A stretch of 56,370 nucleotides of DNA from an uncultured Anaerolineaceae bacterium. Lineage in GTDB: Bacteria > Chloroflexota > Anaerolineae > Anaerolineales > E44-bin32. Below the pieces are notes generated by a model that saw only the letters and a program-made list of their open reading frames with translations, was not told where the DNA came from and did no database searches. Below, piece after piece: positions 38,868 through 48,285 of the stretch. A program made the translations under genes and the position numbers. Numbering within the stretch: position 1 is the stretch's first letter; each line of letters begins with the position of its first letter. The DNA is taken from NCBI GenBank assembly GCA_964492235.1, contig CAZBJQ010000002.1, forward strand, positions 1-56,370. The letters are read 5' to 3'.

Positions 38868-39425
38868 ATGGCCGACGCCTCGGAATTCGACCTGGTCCAG
38901 CAGACGCGCCAAGGCAATCTGGACGCCTACGGTGAGCTCGTCCGGCGGCATCAGAATGGGGTGTTCAGCGCCTGCTTTCGGGTGCTTGGCCATCGCCAGG
39001 AGGCAGAGGATGCCGCCCAGGAGGCCTTCCTGCGTGGTTTCCAGCGGCTGCATCAGTATGACGCCGAGCGGCCGTTCGGACCGTGGATCCGGCGGGTCGG
39101 AGCGAACCTGGCGCTCAACCGTTTGGCGCACAGCCGGGCGGCCGAACAGCCGGCCGTCGAGTTGGACGATGAGACCGACTGGCCGATGCAGGGGGAGACA
39201 GACCCACCGCACGCCGCCAGCGAGCGGTCGGAGGCGCTGGAACGGCTGCGAGAGGCGCTGATCGAGCTGCCGCTGCACTACCGGGCCGTCCTCGAACTCC
39301 GGCACTTTCAGGAAATGAGCTACCAGGAAATCGCCGGCTCCCTAGGAATCCCGCTGAGTGACGTCAAGAGTCACCTGTTTCGGGCGCGGCGGGCGCTGGC
39401 GAGGAGGTTGCGCGATGCGGAATAG
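38868..39425 (+). CDS. ECF-type RNA polymerase sigma-70 factor
   Basis: Region 2 (AYGELVRRHQNGVFSACFRVLGHRQEAEDAAQEAFLRGF) and region 4 (LPLHYRAVLELRHFQEMSYQEIAGSLGIPLSDVKSHLFRARRAL) are present. Confidence 0.9.
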   Translation: MADASEFDLVQQTRQGNLDAYGELVRRHQNGVFSACFRVLGHRQEAEDAAQEAFLRGFQRLHQYDAERPFGPWIRRVGANLALNRLAHSRAAEQPAVELDDETDWPMQGETDPPHAASERSEALERLREALIELPLHYRAVLELRHFQEMSYQEIAGSLGIPLSDVKSHLFRARRALARRLRDAE

Positions 39426-40008
39426 GCAGTTCGCCTCTCACCCGATGGAGATCGAGCTGCATGCCTACCTGGACGGGGAGCTAGAAGCTGACTCGCGCCG
39501 AGCGCTTGAAGAACACCTGGCCGTCTGCCCCGAGTGCGCCCGGCGGTTGAGCGCGGCCCGCGCCTTCTTTGCCCGGATCGAGTCCATGCCCGACCTGCGA
39601 CTCGAGCGTGATCTCTCGGGGCCCGTGATCCGCAAGCTGCGGGGCAGGCCACGATCGGTTCCCGTCCTCGGCCTGCTTGCGCTGCAGTCGGCCGCTGCCG
39701 TGGTTCTCTTGTGGGTTGCCGGTGAAAGGGTTGTGCACTTCGTCGCCCAGCTGCCGCCCTCGGCCTTCCGCCAATTGCTGGGACCCCTGCGGATGGCAGT
39801 TCTCGAATCGATGGCCACGATACGCCTGCCGACGACCGGTCTGCAATTCGGATTGGAGGCCTGGTTGCAGGGCATCCACCAGACGCTTCCCGATCTGGGG
39901 GTACAGGCCCACTGGGCGGTGTGGCTTGGCATCGGGCTTGTAGCCTGGCTCGGTGTCAACAGCCTGGCGCTGGTCGACGAGCGGCGGAGCGGGTCAAATG
40001 GTGGGTAG
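39415..40008 (+). CDS. Anti-sigma factor (zf-HC2) with TM segments
   Basis: HAYLDGELEADSRRALEEHLAVCPECARRL is present. ATG 39415 follows GAGGAGG and overlaps the sigma gene by 11 nt. Confidence 0.8.
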   Translation: MRNRQFASHPMEIELHAYLDGELEADSRRALEEHLAVCPECARRLSAARAFFARIESMPDLRLERDLSGPVIRKLRGRPRSVPVLGLLALQSAAAVVLLWVAGERVVHFVAQLPPSAFRQLLGPLRMAVLESMATIRLPTTGLQFGLEAWLQGIHQTLPDLGVQAHWAVWLGIGLVAWLGVNSLALVDERRSGSNGG

Positions 40009-40092
40009 ACCCTCATCCCAGCCTGTCGAAGTGCCCGGCCTTGCGTGCCGGGGCTTTGCTGAACATCTCACTTGCCCAAAGAGGAGGGTGCC

Positions 40093-40581
40093 ATGAATCC
40101 CCTGGTCTTGCTCACAGCCGTCTTTTTGTCTTCCGCCACTCTGGTGGCTCTGTTTATTTTGCTAGAAGCCCTATTCCCGGCACACGTTCAGCGTTCGAAC
40201 CAAACGGCCGCCGAGTCTCCTGGCCGCTCCTTCGCCGTTGGAGCGGTCAACGTGCTGTTCTTCGGCGCCGTGGCGCTGGCGCTGCTGAGCGCCGCCCTCC
40301 CCTTGTTGCAGGTCATCGGTGTGGTTGTGGCCGCTATCCTGCTGGTGGGCGTGGCCTTCGGTCTCAGTGGAATCGTCCAACTTGCCGGAGATCGGATCCT
40401 GCCGGCGGCCACCCCGCTGCGGCGCACGATCTGGGCCGCGATTCTCGTCATCATGGCCTGCCTGACGCCCTACCTGGGATGGTTTGTGCTGTTTCCCTAC
40501 CTGACGTTTCGGGGCTTCGGCGGCTGGATACTGGGGTGGATCCGCGATCGGCGGGCGAATGCGGCCCAGCGGGGATCCTGA
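40093..40581 (+). CDS. Hypothetical 4-TM membrane protein downstream of the sigma/anti-sigma pair
   Basis: ATG 40093 follows GAGGAGGG. The peptide starts MNPLVLLTAVFLSSATLVALFILLEALF. No family was recognised. Confidence 0.5.
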   Translation: MNPLVLLTAVFLSSATLVALFILLEALFPAHVQRSNQTAAESPGRSFAVGAVNVLFFGAVALALLSAALPLLQVIGVVVAAILLVGVAFGLSGIVQLAGDRILPAATPLRRTIWAAILVIMACLTPYLGWFVLFPYLTFRGFGGWILGWIRDRRANAAQRGS

Positions 40582-40602
40582 TCTCGGCGGGGCGAACCTC
40601 GT

Positions 40603-41451
40603 TCAGTTTTCGGCGAGCCCCAAGGGCGCCGGCCACGCCTCCCAGCGCAGGAAAGCGTCCATGAGGGCGAGGTTACGCTCCAACTCGAGGTCGCGGTGGG
40701 TCGAGAGCTCGACATCGACGGCGGCTATCCCGTTTGCCGCCGCCCAGTCCACCAACTGTCCGGTGTATTCACAGCCGGTGTCGATGGGAGGATAGAGGTA
40801 CCCGCTGGCTGCAGCCAGCGCCTCGGCCAGCAGGGCCGAGCGCGGTTCAGGTGGCTGACCTCCCGGGAAGAGGCCGAGGGCGGCGCTGTGATAGCTCACC
40901 AGCGCCTCGACATGCTCCCTCCACAGGAAGGACATCAGCGCCAGCGTTTCCGGCTCTGAGGCGGGGTCGTCCCCGGCTCCGATCGGCAGGCTGTCCCAGC
41001 AACCTTGCCGAGGCCAATCGGCCTTCCAGAAGGCGGGGAAGTTGCGATTCAGATCGACGCCGTTGGCGTTAGCTCGTCCGGGGTTTCCCCGCCCGAGGGC
41101 GAGACCGTCCGGATTCACCACGGGCACGATCCAAAGACTGACTTCCATCGGGACCTCTTGCGGGTTGTCGTGCAGGTGGGACACCAAGGCCTCGGCCAGT
41201 TCAACCGTGTTCCATTCGTATCCGCCGTGGATGCCGGCCAGGATGGCGCGGGACGATTCGCCGTTACCGTACCGATAGGCCTCGATCGGCCGGCCCTGTG
41301 TCGAAGTTCCCAGGATGACGGTGCTTTCCATCGGATCCTGGGTTTCGGGCTGGACGTGCCGTCGTCGCTGCAAACGGCGAAGAACCAAGTGGCTGCTTCG
41401 ACGGGGCGCGCCGGCGCGGCCAGCAACAAAAACAGACAGGCGCAGGCGCAC
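40603..41451 (-). CDS. M14 family zinc carboxypeptidase (MpaA/gamma-D-glutamyl-DAP-peptidase-like)
   Basis: AGIHGGYEWNT, WIVPVVNPDG, ANANGVDLNRNFP, ASEPET and SYHS are present. The start is uncertain: GTG 41451 after GGTGGAGG, or ATG 41331. See the finding on a signal peptide in another frame. Confidence 0.8.
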   Translation of the reverse strand: MRLRLSVFVAGRAGAPRRSSHLVLRRLQRRRHVQPETQDPMESTVILGTSTQGRPIEAYRYGNGESSRAILAGIHGGYEWNTVELAEALVSHLHDNPQEVPMEVSLWIVPVVNPDGLALGRGNPGRANANGVDLNRNFPAFWKADWPRQGCWDSLPIGAGDDPASEPETLALMSFLWREHVEALVSYHSAALGLFPGGQPPEPRSALLAEALAAASGYLYPPIDTGCEYTGQLVDWAAANGIAAVDVELSTHRDLELERNLALMDAFLRWEAWPAPLGLAEN

Positions 41452-41687
41452 TTCAGCCCGCCTCCACCGGGAGTGCGAGGCCTTCGGTGTGGTGGCCCGA
41501 TGCCAGGGGCCTCGATCTCCATATGGCCAGACATGTGCAGCCCGAATCGTAATGGCTATGCCGCACAAGACGGCCTTACAGTCTCCTAAGAAACTCGGTG
41601 TGCGCATGCCGGCTGCTTGTTGTGCGAGGCGGGCATGGGCTACAATCATCTGGTGAGTCGCTTCGATGATGGGCTGCCGGGTGGCCG

Positions 41688-43739
41688 ATGCCGCTGACGG
41701 TTGGAACCACATTGCATGAACGTTATCGGATCGAGAGCATCCTCGGCCAGGGCGGGATGGGCGCGGTCTACCGTGCCATAGACGTCAACCTCGGCGTCCC
41801 GGTAGCCGTCAAAGAGAATCTGTTCACCACGGATGATTACGCCCGCCAGTTCCGACGCGAGGCGACCATCCTGGCTGGCGTCCGGCACCATCACCTTCCG
41901 CGTGTCACCGATCACTTTGTCATCGAGAACGAAGGCCAGTACCTGGTGATGGACTTCATCCAGGGAGAGGACCTGCGCCAGATGCTGGAGCGGGGTGGTC
42001 CGATCTCGGAACAGCGGCTGCTGCCCTGGTTTCTTGAGATCTGCGACGCGCTGGCCTACCTGCATTCGCGCCGGCCGCCGATCGTTCACCGCGATGTCAA
42101 GCCGGGCAACATCAAGATCACGCCGGACGGCAGGGCGCTGCTTGTGGATTTTGGGCTGGCCAAGCTCGTGGAGGACAGCAGCTCAACGACCGTGGGCGCC
42201 AAGGCGATGACCCCTGGTTTCTCGCCCCCTGAGCAGTACGGGACCGGCCGGACCGACCTCAGGAGTGATGTGTACTCGTTGGGCGCCACGATGTACGCCG
42301 CCCTGACGCTGTCCATCCCGGAAGACGCCGTAGAGCGAATGCTCGGCCGGGCCAGGCTCACCCCCATCCAGAAGCGCAACCCGCGGGTCAGCACCTCGAT
42401 GGCCAAGGCGGTGGAAAAGGCACTGGAGGTCAAGCCCGAGGACCGCTATCAGTCGATGTCGGCCTTCGCCGCGGCGCTAAGCGCAGCTTCCGGCGCGACA
42501 CAGCCCACGGTGTCGGGCAACTATCCCCACCTGGATCGGACAGTACCAGCCCCGGCTCGGCCGCTGGCTTCCGGATCCGATGAGCTGGAACCGCTCCTAT
42601 CCAACCGCCGGCGCTGGCCGTACTTCGTCATCGGCGCGGTTGCCCTAGCGTTGGTTCTGCTGGGGAGCATCCTGGCGCTCAGTGACAACCGAGCCTCAAC
42701 TCGCGCCCCCGGACCTGGCGCGAACCCAACCGGGGTGGTCGCGGCGGTGGGCGTGCCGACCGATCGTCCCCCGTCCTCGGTTGTGGTGGATGCCACCACG
42801 GCCATGCCGTCCACAGCCGCCAGCGGGATACCGACACCCACGCCACGGACCGAATCCGTGGTCGCGCCGGCGCTGCTCGCGACGCCGATCGGAGGTGGGG
42901 TCGGCCAGATCGCCTTCGCCTCAGCACGCACAGGCATTCCACAGCTGTTCCTGATGAACGCCGATGGCACCGATCCGAAGCAGCTCACCACCCTCCAGGA
43001 TGGCGCCTGTCAGCCCGAGTGGTCACCGGACGGGGAGCGCCTGTTGTTCACGACGCCATGCCGTCAAAACCAGGAGGCGTATCCGGGATCGGGTATCGTC
43101 ATCCTGCGGCTCGACGACTTGACGACCCAGGCGCTGCCGACTGTTGCCGGCGGAGGGGATTTCGATCCGGCCTGGTCGTCGGATGGACAACGAGTCGCCT
43201 TCACCTCTCTGCGAGAGAAGGACCGGCCGCATGTCTTCGTCATGAACCTGGACGGCAGCGGCCTGTCCAACCTGAGCAGCTCGCTCGTCTACGAAGGCCA
43301 GCCATCCTGGTCTCCGGCCGGGAGCCAGCTGGCCATCTCGAGCAACCGCCTTGGCAACGTGCGCCTGTTCCTTCTGCCCGATCTCGGCGGCCAGGGTGTG
43401 CGCTTCTCCTGGGGTGCCAGTGACGGCGACACCTATCCGAGCTGGTCGGCTGATGGTCAGATGATCGTGTTCGAGCGCTCACTTGACGGGTTCCCGCGTT
43501 TGTTCATCGGCCCGTATGAGGAGCAGGGCAAGGTCAGCGCAGCGTTGTGCCCCGAAGGGCCGTTATCCGTCGTGCCCATGGCCGAGCCTGGATGGTCACC
43601 GGATGGAGAGTGGGTTGTGTTTGAGACCTGGCCGGACGGCAAGAACCACAATGTCGCCATCCTGACGGCCGGCTGCACCAACTACGCCGAGCTGACCAAC
43701 GACCCCGCGCTGGACTTCGACCCCGCCTGGCGGCCGTAA
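41688..43739 (+). CDS. Ser/Thr protein kinase with a TM helix and an extracytoplasmic PD40/TolB-like beta-propeller
   Basis: GQGGMGAVYRA..VAVKE, HRDVKPGNIKI, DFGLAK and GFSPPEQ mark the kinase domain. The TM helix is WPYFVIGAVALALVLLGSILAL. Six repeats of the P(E/A/S)WSPDG..(V/L)F type follow. Confidence 0.9.
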   Translation: MPLTVGTTLHERYRIESILGQGGMGAVYRAIDVNLGVPVAVKENLFTTDDYARQFRREATILAGVRHHHLPRVTDHFVIENEGQYLVMDFIQGEDLRQMLERGGPISEQRLLPWFLEICDALAYLHSRRPPIVHRDVKPGNIKITPDGRALLVDFGLAKLVEDSSSTTVGAKAMTPGFSPPEQYGTGRTDLRSDVYSLGATMYAALTLSIPEDAVERMLGRARLTPIQKRNPRVSTSMAKAVEKALEVKPEDRYQSMSAFAAALSAASGATQPTVSGNYPHLDRTVPAPARPLASGSDELEPLLSNRRRWPYFVIGAVALALVLLGSILALSDNRASTRAPGPGANPTGVVAAVGVPTDRPPSSVVVDATTAMPSTAASGIPTPTPRTESVVAPALLATPIGGGVGQIAFASARTGIPQLFLMNADGTDPKQLTTLQDGACQPEWSPDGERLLFTTPCRQNQEAYPGSGIVILRLDDLTTQALPTVAGGGDFDPAWSSDGQRVAFTSLREKDRPHVFVMNLDGSGLSNLSSSLVYEGQPSWSPAGSQLAISSNRLGNVRLFLLPDLGGQGVRFSWGASDGDTYPSWSADGQMIVFERSLDGFPRLFIGPYEEQGKVSAALCPEGPLSVVPMAEPGWSPDGEWVVFETWPDGKNHNVAILTAGCTNYAELTNDPALDFDPAWRP

Positions 43740-43894
43740 CCCGACGATTGTTGTAGCTACAGGAAGGGTATCAGGCGGGGCTGGGAACAACGTCCTTGTC
43801 CGGCCTTCGCCGCCCGACCGATAATGAATCCTGGGCGGAGGGCCAACGGGCCGGTCCGCCTGACGCGCAATCCACCGAGAGTGGGGAGTAGGCA

Positions 43895-44770
43895 ATGACC
43901 GCCAAAATCATCGACGGGAAGGCAATTGCTGACGAGATTCGGGAAGGCATCGCCAAGGGTGTGGAGAAACTGGTCAGCGGCGGGGGTCCAAAGCCCGGGC
44001 TGGCGACGGTTCTGGTCGGCGAGAACCCGGCCTCCCACACTTACGTTCGCATGAAGCGCAAAGCATGTGCCGACCTGGGGATCGACTCCTTCCCGCATGA
44101 GCTGCCGGCAACGGCCTCGCAGCTTGAGGTTGAGACGTTGGTCAAAGCCCTGAATGCCGATCCGAAGGTACATGGCATTCTCGTGCAGCTGCCCCTGCCA
44201 GCGGGATTGGATGACGAGGCCGTCCTCAAAGCGATCAGCATCGAGAAGGATGTGGATGGCTTCCACCCGATCAACATCGGACGCCTGGCCCAGAAGGGCC
44301 GCGAGCCGCTGTTCGTCCCCTGCACCCCGGCGGGATGCATGATCCTGCTCAAGAAGGCTGGGGCGATACTCTCGGGCGCCAGGGCCGTTGTGGTCGGCAG
44401 GTCGAATATTGTCGGAATGCCGGCGGCACTGCTGCTGGTTAAAGAGGATGCCACGGTCACGATCTGCCATTCGCGCACCAAGGACCTGCCCGGGGTTTGC
44501 CGGGAGGCGGACATTCTGATCGCCGCCATTGGGCGGGCGGAGATGATCCGCGGGGACTGGATCAAGCCCGGGGCGTACGTGATCGACGTCGGCACCAACC
44601 GCGTGGATGACCCTGCCGCCAAGAGCGGCTCCCGGCTGGTCGGGGACGTCGCCTTCGCCGAGGCGCTCGAAGTGGCAGGCGCGATCACGCCGGTGCCCGG
44701 CGGCGTCGGCCCGATGACGATCACCCTGCTGCTTCAGAACACGCTGCGCTCAGCCCAGCGGGTCGGCTGA
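43895..44770 (+). CDS. folD: Bifunctional methylenetetrahydrofolate dehydrogenase (NADP+)/methenyl-THF cyclohydrolase
   Basis: IIDGKAIA..., [56 protein letters not shown] and [10 protein letters not shown] are present. Confidence 0.95.
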   Translation: MTAKIIDGKAIADEIREGIAKGVEKLVSGGGPKPGLATVLVGENPASHTYVRMKRKACADLGIDSFPHELPATASQLEVETLVKALNADPKVHGILVQLPLPAGLDDEAVLKAISIEKDVDGFHPINIGRLAQKGREPLFVPCTPAGCMILLKKAGAILSGARAVVVGRSNIVGMPAALLLVKEDATVTICHSRTKDLPGVCREADILIAAIGRAEMIRGDWIKPGAYVIDVGTNRVDDPAAKSGSRLVGDVAFAEALEVAGAITPVPGGVGPMTITLLLQNTLRSAQRVG

Positions 44771-44843
44771 GGGCGGAGACCCCTCGAAGCGACCGGGGCC
44801 GGCTCGAGCCGCTCCCTGGGAACCGCGTGCTTCGAATGCGTGG

Positions 44844-44876
44844 GGGGCTTGGGCTTGTACCCAGGCCCCGTTTCTT
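44844..44876 (+). terminator. Rho-independent terminator of folD
   Basis: GGGGCTTGGG (44844-44853) pairs with CCCAGGCCCC (44860-44869): 10 bp including one G-U pair, with a 6-nt loop. It is followed by GTTTCTT. Confidence 0.55.
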
Positions 44877-45005
44877 GCGTTGGCCCTAACCGCACAAGCG
44901 CTGTTGGTCCTCAAGGCAGGTCGATCGTCGGCCGGGCCGGGGAGGGCGGGCGGCCGACCTGCGCCTTCCATTGCCCCGAGGACGAGCATCACGCGGCCAG
45001 TCATG

Positions 45006-45045
45006 TTGTCTGACAATTGACCGCCTCAGGCGGCGATGCTACACT
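45006..45045 (+). promoter_or_regulatory. Sigma-70-type promoter with an abutting palindromic operator (candidate GntR/HutC site)
   Basis: TTGACC (45017-45022), a 17-nt spacer, then TACACT (45040-45045). The palindrome TTGTC-T-GACAA (45006-45016) sits directly upstream of the -35 box. The first gene starts at 45063. Confidence 0.4.
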
Positions 45046-45062
45046 GTCCGTACACGTTCCCT

Positions 45063-46442
45063 ATGCCCACAACTCTGATCCGGAACGCCAAGGTCCTGGT
45101 CACCATGGACGAGGCCCGACGGGAGATTCCCGGCGGCGGCTTGTTTGTCCGAGATGGCTGGATCGAGCAGGTCGGTCCGACCGCCGGGCTTCCGCAGCAA
45201 GCGGACAACGTGTACGACCTGGAGGGCCACCTCGTCCTGCCAGGGCTGGTCAATACCCACCACCACCTGTACCAGACGCTGACGCGCGCCGTGCCGAAAG
45301 CTCAGGACGCCGGCCTGTTCACCTGGCTGAAAACGCTGTACCCGATCTGGGCGCGGATGAAGCCAGAGGACATTCGAGTGTCCACCATGATCGGTCTGGC
45401 CGAGCTTGTGCTGAGTGGATGCACCACGGCCAGCGACCATCTCTACCTTTTCCCCAACGGGTGCCGCCTCGACGACGAGATCGAAGCCGGCCGCGCCGTG
45501 GGCATCCGGTTGCACGCCGCGCGTGGCTCGATGAGCCTGGGTGAGAGCCAGGGCGGGCTGCCCCCGGATCGGGTTGTAGAGGACGAGGATTTCATCCTCA
45601 AGGACACACAGCGGCTCATCGACGCCTACCACGACCCGGCGCCGGGATCGATGCTCCAGATCGTGGTCGCGCCCTGCTCGCCCTTCTCGGTGACGCCCGG
45701 GTTGATGCGCCAGGCGGCCGCCCTGGCGCGAGACAAGGGCGTTCGCCTGCACACGCATCTGGCCGAGACCCTCGACGAGGAATCATTCTGCCTGGAGCAG
45801 TTCGGCCAGCGTCCGCTAGCCTATGCCGAGCATCTCGACTGGACCGGGGACGACGTGTGGTTCGCCCACGCTGTCCACATGAGGAGTGATGAGGTCAAGC
45901 GCATGGGGCGCGCCGGCATCGGTGTGGCCCATTGCCCTTCTTCGAACATGCGCCTGGCGTCCGGGATCGCCCCGGTCCTGGCCTACCTGGCGGCCGGTGT
46001 GCGGGTCGGCCTGGGGGTGGACGGCTCGGCCAGCAACGACGGCTCTCACTTGCTGGGAGAAACCAGGCAGGCGCTTCTGATCTCCCGCCTGGGGTCGGCC
46101 CTCGGCCCGGCGGACGGGGAGCGGCAGCCCCTGATCACCGCCCGTCAGGTGCTCGAGCTGGCGACCCGCGGTGGGGCGGCCGTCCTCGGCCGCAGCGACA
46201 TCGGATCGCTCGAGGTGGGCAAGTGCGCCGACTTGATCGCCATCCGGCTCGACCGGCTGAGCTACGCCGGCGCGCTGCACGACCCGGTTGCCGCCATCGT
46301 CCTGTGTGCGCCGGTCCATGTCGACTTCGCCTTCGTGCACGCCCGGCCGGTCGTGGAACAAGGCCGTCTTTCATCGCTTGATCTGGGACCCGTGATCGAG
46401 GCCCACAACCGGGCGGCTCGCCGCATGGCTGCGGGTGACTAG
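45063..46442 (+). CDS. Amidohydrolase-superfamily deaminase, 8-oxoguanine-deaminase/guanine-deaminase-like (COG0402 group)
   Basis: The N-terminus reads MPTTLIRNAKVLVTMDE. LPGLVNTHHHLYQTLTRAV is the HxH metal site. HTHLAET, FAHAVH and GLGVDGSASND are also present. The specific substrate is not certain. Confidence 0.8.
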   Translation: MPTTLIRNAKVLVTMDEARREIPGGGLFVRDGWIEQVGPTAGLPQQADNVYDLEGHLVLPGLVNTHHHLYQTLTRAVPKAQDAGLFTWLKTLYPIWARMKPEDIRVSTMIGLAELVLSGCTTASDHLYLFPNGCRLDDEIEAGRAVGIRLHAARGSMSLGESQGGLPPDRVVEDEDFILKDTQRLIDAYHDPAPGSMLQIVVAPCSPFSVTPGLMRQAAALARDKGVRLHTHLAETLDEESFCLEQFGQRPLAYAEHLDWTGDDVWFAHAVHMRSDEVKRMGRAGIGVAHCPSSNMRLASGIAPVLAYLAAGVRVGLGVDGSASNDGSHLLGETRQALLISRLGSALGPADGERQPLITARQVLELATRGGAAVLGRSDIGSLEVGKCADLIAIRLDRLSYAGALHDPVAAIVLCAPVHVDFAFVHARPVVEQGRLSSLDLGPVIEAHNRAARRMAAGD

Positions 46443-46476
46443 ACTGCGCCGAGGGAGGGCGGGGGAGGAAGTGGAT

Positions 46477-48282
46477 ATGGCTGACCTGCTGTCCATTCGC
46501 TCCCGGGGGCTGGTGGATGTGGCCATGGGCCGCCGGCCGGCCGACCTTGTCATTCGACGTGGGCGATGGGTGTGTGTCCAGTCCCGGGAGGTCATCGAGC
46601 GGACCGATCTCGCCGTCTTGGGCGACCGGATCGCCTATGTGGGCCCGGACGCCCAACACACCATCGGCACCGGGACTCAAGTCATCGACGCTGAGGATCG
46701 CTACCTGGTCCCCGGCCTGCTTGATGGTCACATGCATGTCGAGTCAGGCATGTTGACCGTCACCGAGTTCGTCCGGGCGGTCATCCCGCACGGAACCACT
46801 GGCATGTTCATGGACCCGCACGAGATCGCCAACGTCCTCGGACTGGCAGGCGTCCGCTTGATGGTGGACGAGGCGGCGGTTCAGCCGATCCACGTGTGGG
46901 TGCAGGTCCCATCGTGCGTGCCTTCCGCCCCCGGCTTGGAAACCCCCGGGGCGGTCTTCGGACCGAAGGAGGTCGCCGAAGCGCTTTCATGGCCGGGCGT
47001 GATCGGGCTTGGGGAAGTCATGAACTACCTCGGGGTGTACGAGGGCGATCCGAAGATGCACGAGGAGATGGCGGCGACCCGCCAGGCGGGGAAGGTTATC
47101 GGCGGCCACTACGCATCGCCCGATCTGGGGCGGGCCTTCCACGGCTATGTCGCCGGCGGCCCGGAAGACGATCATGAGGGGACGCGGGCCGAAGACGCGG
47201 TGGCTCGTGTCCGCCAGGGGATGAAGGCCATGCTGCGCCAGGGTTCTGCCTGGCACGATGTGGCGGCGCAGGTGGCGGCGATCGTTGAGCGCGGCCTGGA
47301 TCCGCGGCACTTCCTGCTGGTGACGGACGATTCCCACTGCGAGACGCTGGTCGCCGAGGGTCATGTCAACCGGGCGCTCCAGGTGGCGGTCGAGCACGGG
47401 GTCGAGCCGATTACCGCCATTCAGATGGCGACGCTGAACACCGCCGAGCATTTCGGAGTCGCCCGCGACGTGGGGCAGCTCGCGCCGGGTCGCTATGCCG
47501 ACATCCTCCTGGCGCGGGACTTGCGGCTCATTCGCCCGGACATGGTGCTGGGCAGGGGGAAGATACTTGCGGAGCACGGACAGACGTGCGCGCCTCGCCC
47601 CTCGTTCTCCTACCCGCAGGAGGTCCGCCAATCGGTCCGACTGCTCGCGCCCCTCCGCCCTGAAGACTTCGTCCTCAAGGCCCCGGATGGCAAGACCGTG
47701 CGTGCCCATGTGATCGGTGTGATCGAGAACCAGGCTCCCACTCGCCACCTGGAGTTCACCCTGCAGCCGAAGGATGGCCAGGTGGCCGCCGACCTGGAGG
47801 CCGATCTGGCGCTGGTTGCCGTGATCGATCGACACCACCAATCCGGGCGGATCCAGCTCGGGCTGGTCCACGGGATCGGGTTCAAGACGCAGGCGGCCTT
47901 CGCCTCCACCGTCGTCCACGACTGCCACCAGCTGATCGTGGTGGGCACGCACACAGGCGACATGGCGCGTGCCGCCAACGAACTGGCGGCGCACGGCGGC
48001 GGGCAGATCGTTGTCCGCCAGGGGAAGGTGCTGGGCAAGGTCAACCTACCGATCGGAGGCCTGCTCTCCGATGCGCCGGCGGAGACGGTCGCGGCCGAGG
48101 CCAGGTCGGTGCTTGAGGGGTTGCGGGCATGCGGCTGCGAATTGAACAATGCCAACATGCAGCTCAGCCTGCTGGGGCTGGTGGTGATTCCCGAGTTGCG
48201 GATCTCCGACCTGGGTCTGGTCGATGTCACCCGTTTCGCCTTGATCCCGGCGTTGGAGCCAGTCGGCGAGGGCAGCGCCTAG
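46477..48282 (+). CDS. ade: Adenine deaminase
   Basis: LVPGLLDGHMHVESGMLTVTEFVRAVIPHGTTGMFMDPHEIANV, GLGEVMNY, DDHEG, LVTDDSH and the C-terminal ..VVHDCHQLIVVGT..GGG closely resemble AdeC. ATG 46477 follows GGGGGAGGAAG. Confidence 0.9.
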   Translation: MADLLSIRSRGLVDVAMGRRPADLVIRRGRWVCVQSREVIERTDLAVLGDRIAYVGPDAQHTIGTGTQVIDAEDRYLVPGLLDGHMHVESGMLTVTEFVRAVIPHGTTGMFMDPHEIANVLGLAGVRLMVDEAAVQPIHVWVQVPSCVPSAPGLETPGAVFGPKEVAEALSWPGVIGLGEVMNYLGVYEGDPKMHEEMAATRQAGKVIGGHYASPDLGRAFHGYVAGGPEDDHEGTRAEDAVARVRQGMKAMLRQGSAWHDVAAQVAAIVERGLDPRHFLLVTDDSHCETLVAEGHVNRALQVAVEHGVEPITAIQMATLNTAEHFGVARDVGQLAPGRYADILLARDLRLIRPDMVLGRGKILAEHGQTCAPRPSFSYPQEVRQSVRLLAPLRPEDFVLKAPDGKTVRAHVIGVIENQAPTRHLEFTLQPKDGQVAADLEADLALVAVIDRHHQSGRIQLGLVHGIGFKTQAAFASTVVHDCHQLIVVGTHTGDMARAANELAAHGGGQIVVRQGKVLGKVNLPIGGLLSDAPAETVAAEARSVLEGLRACGCELNNANMQLSLLGLVVIPELRISDLGLVDVTRFALIPALEPVGEGSA

Positions 48283-48285
48283 TCG

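Noticed and set aside
37892-38917. 341-aa minus-strand ORF
   Set aside because: It lies antisense to the PEBP/YbhB lipoprotein gene, and no motifs were recognised.
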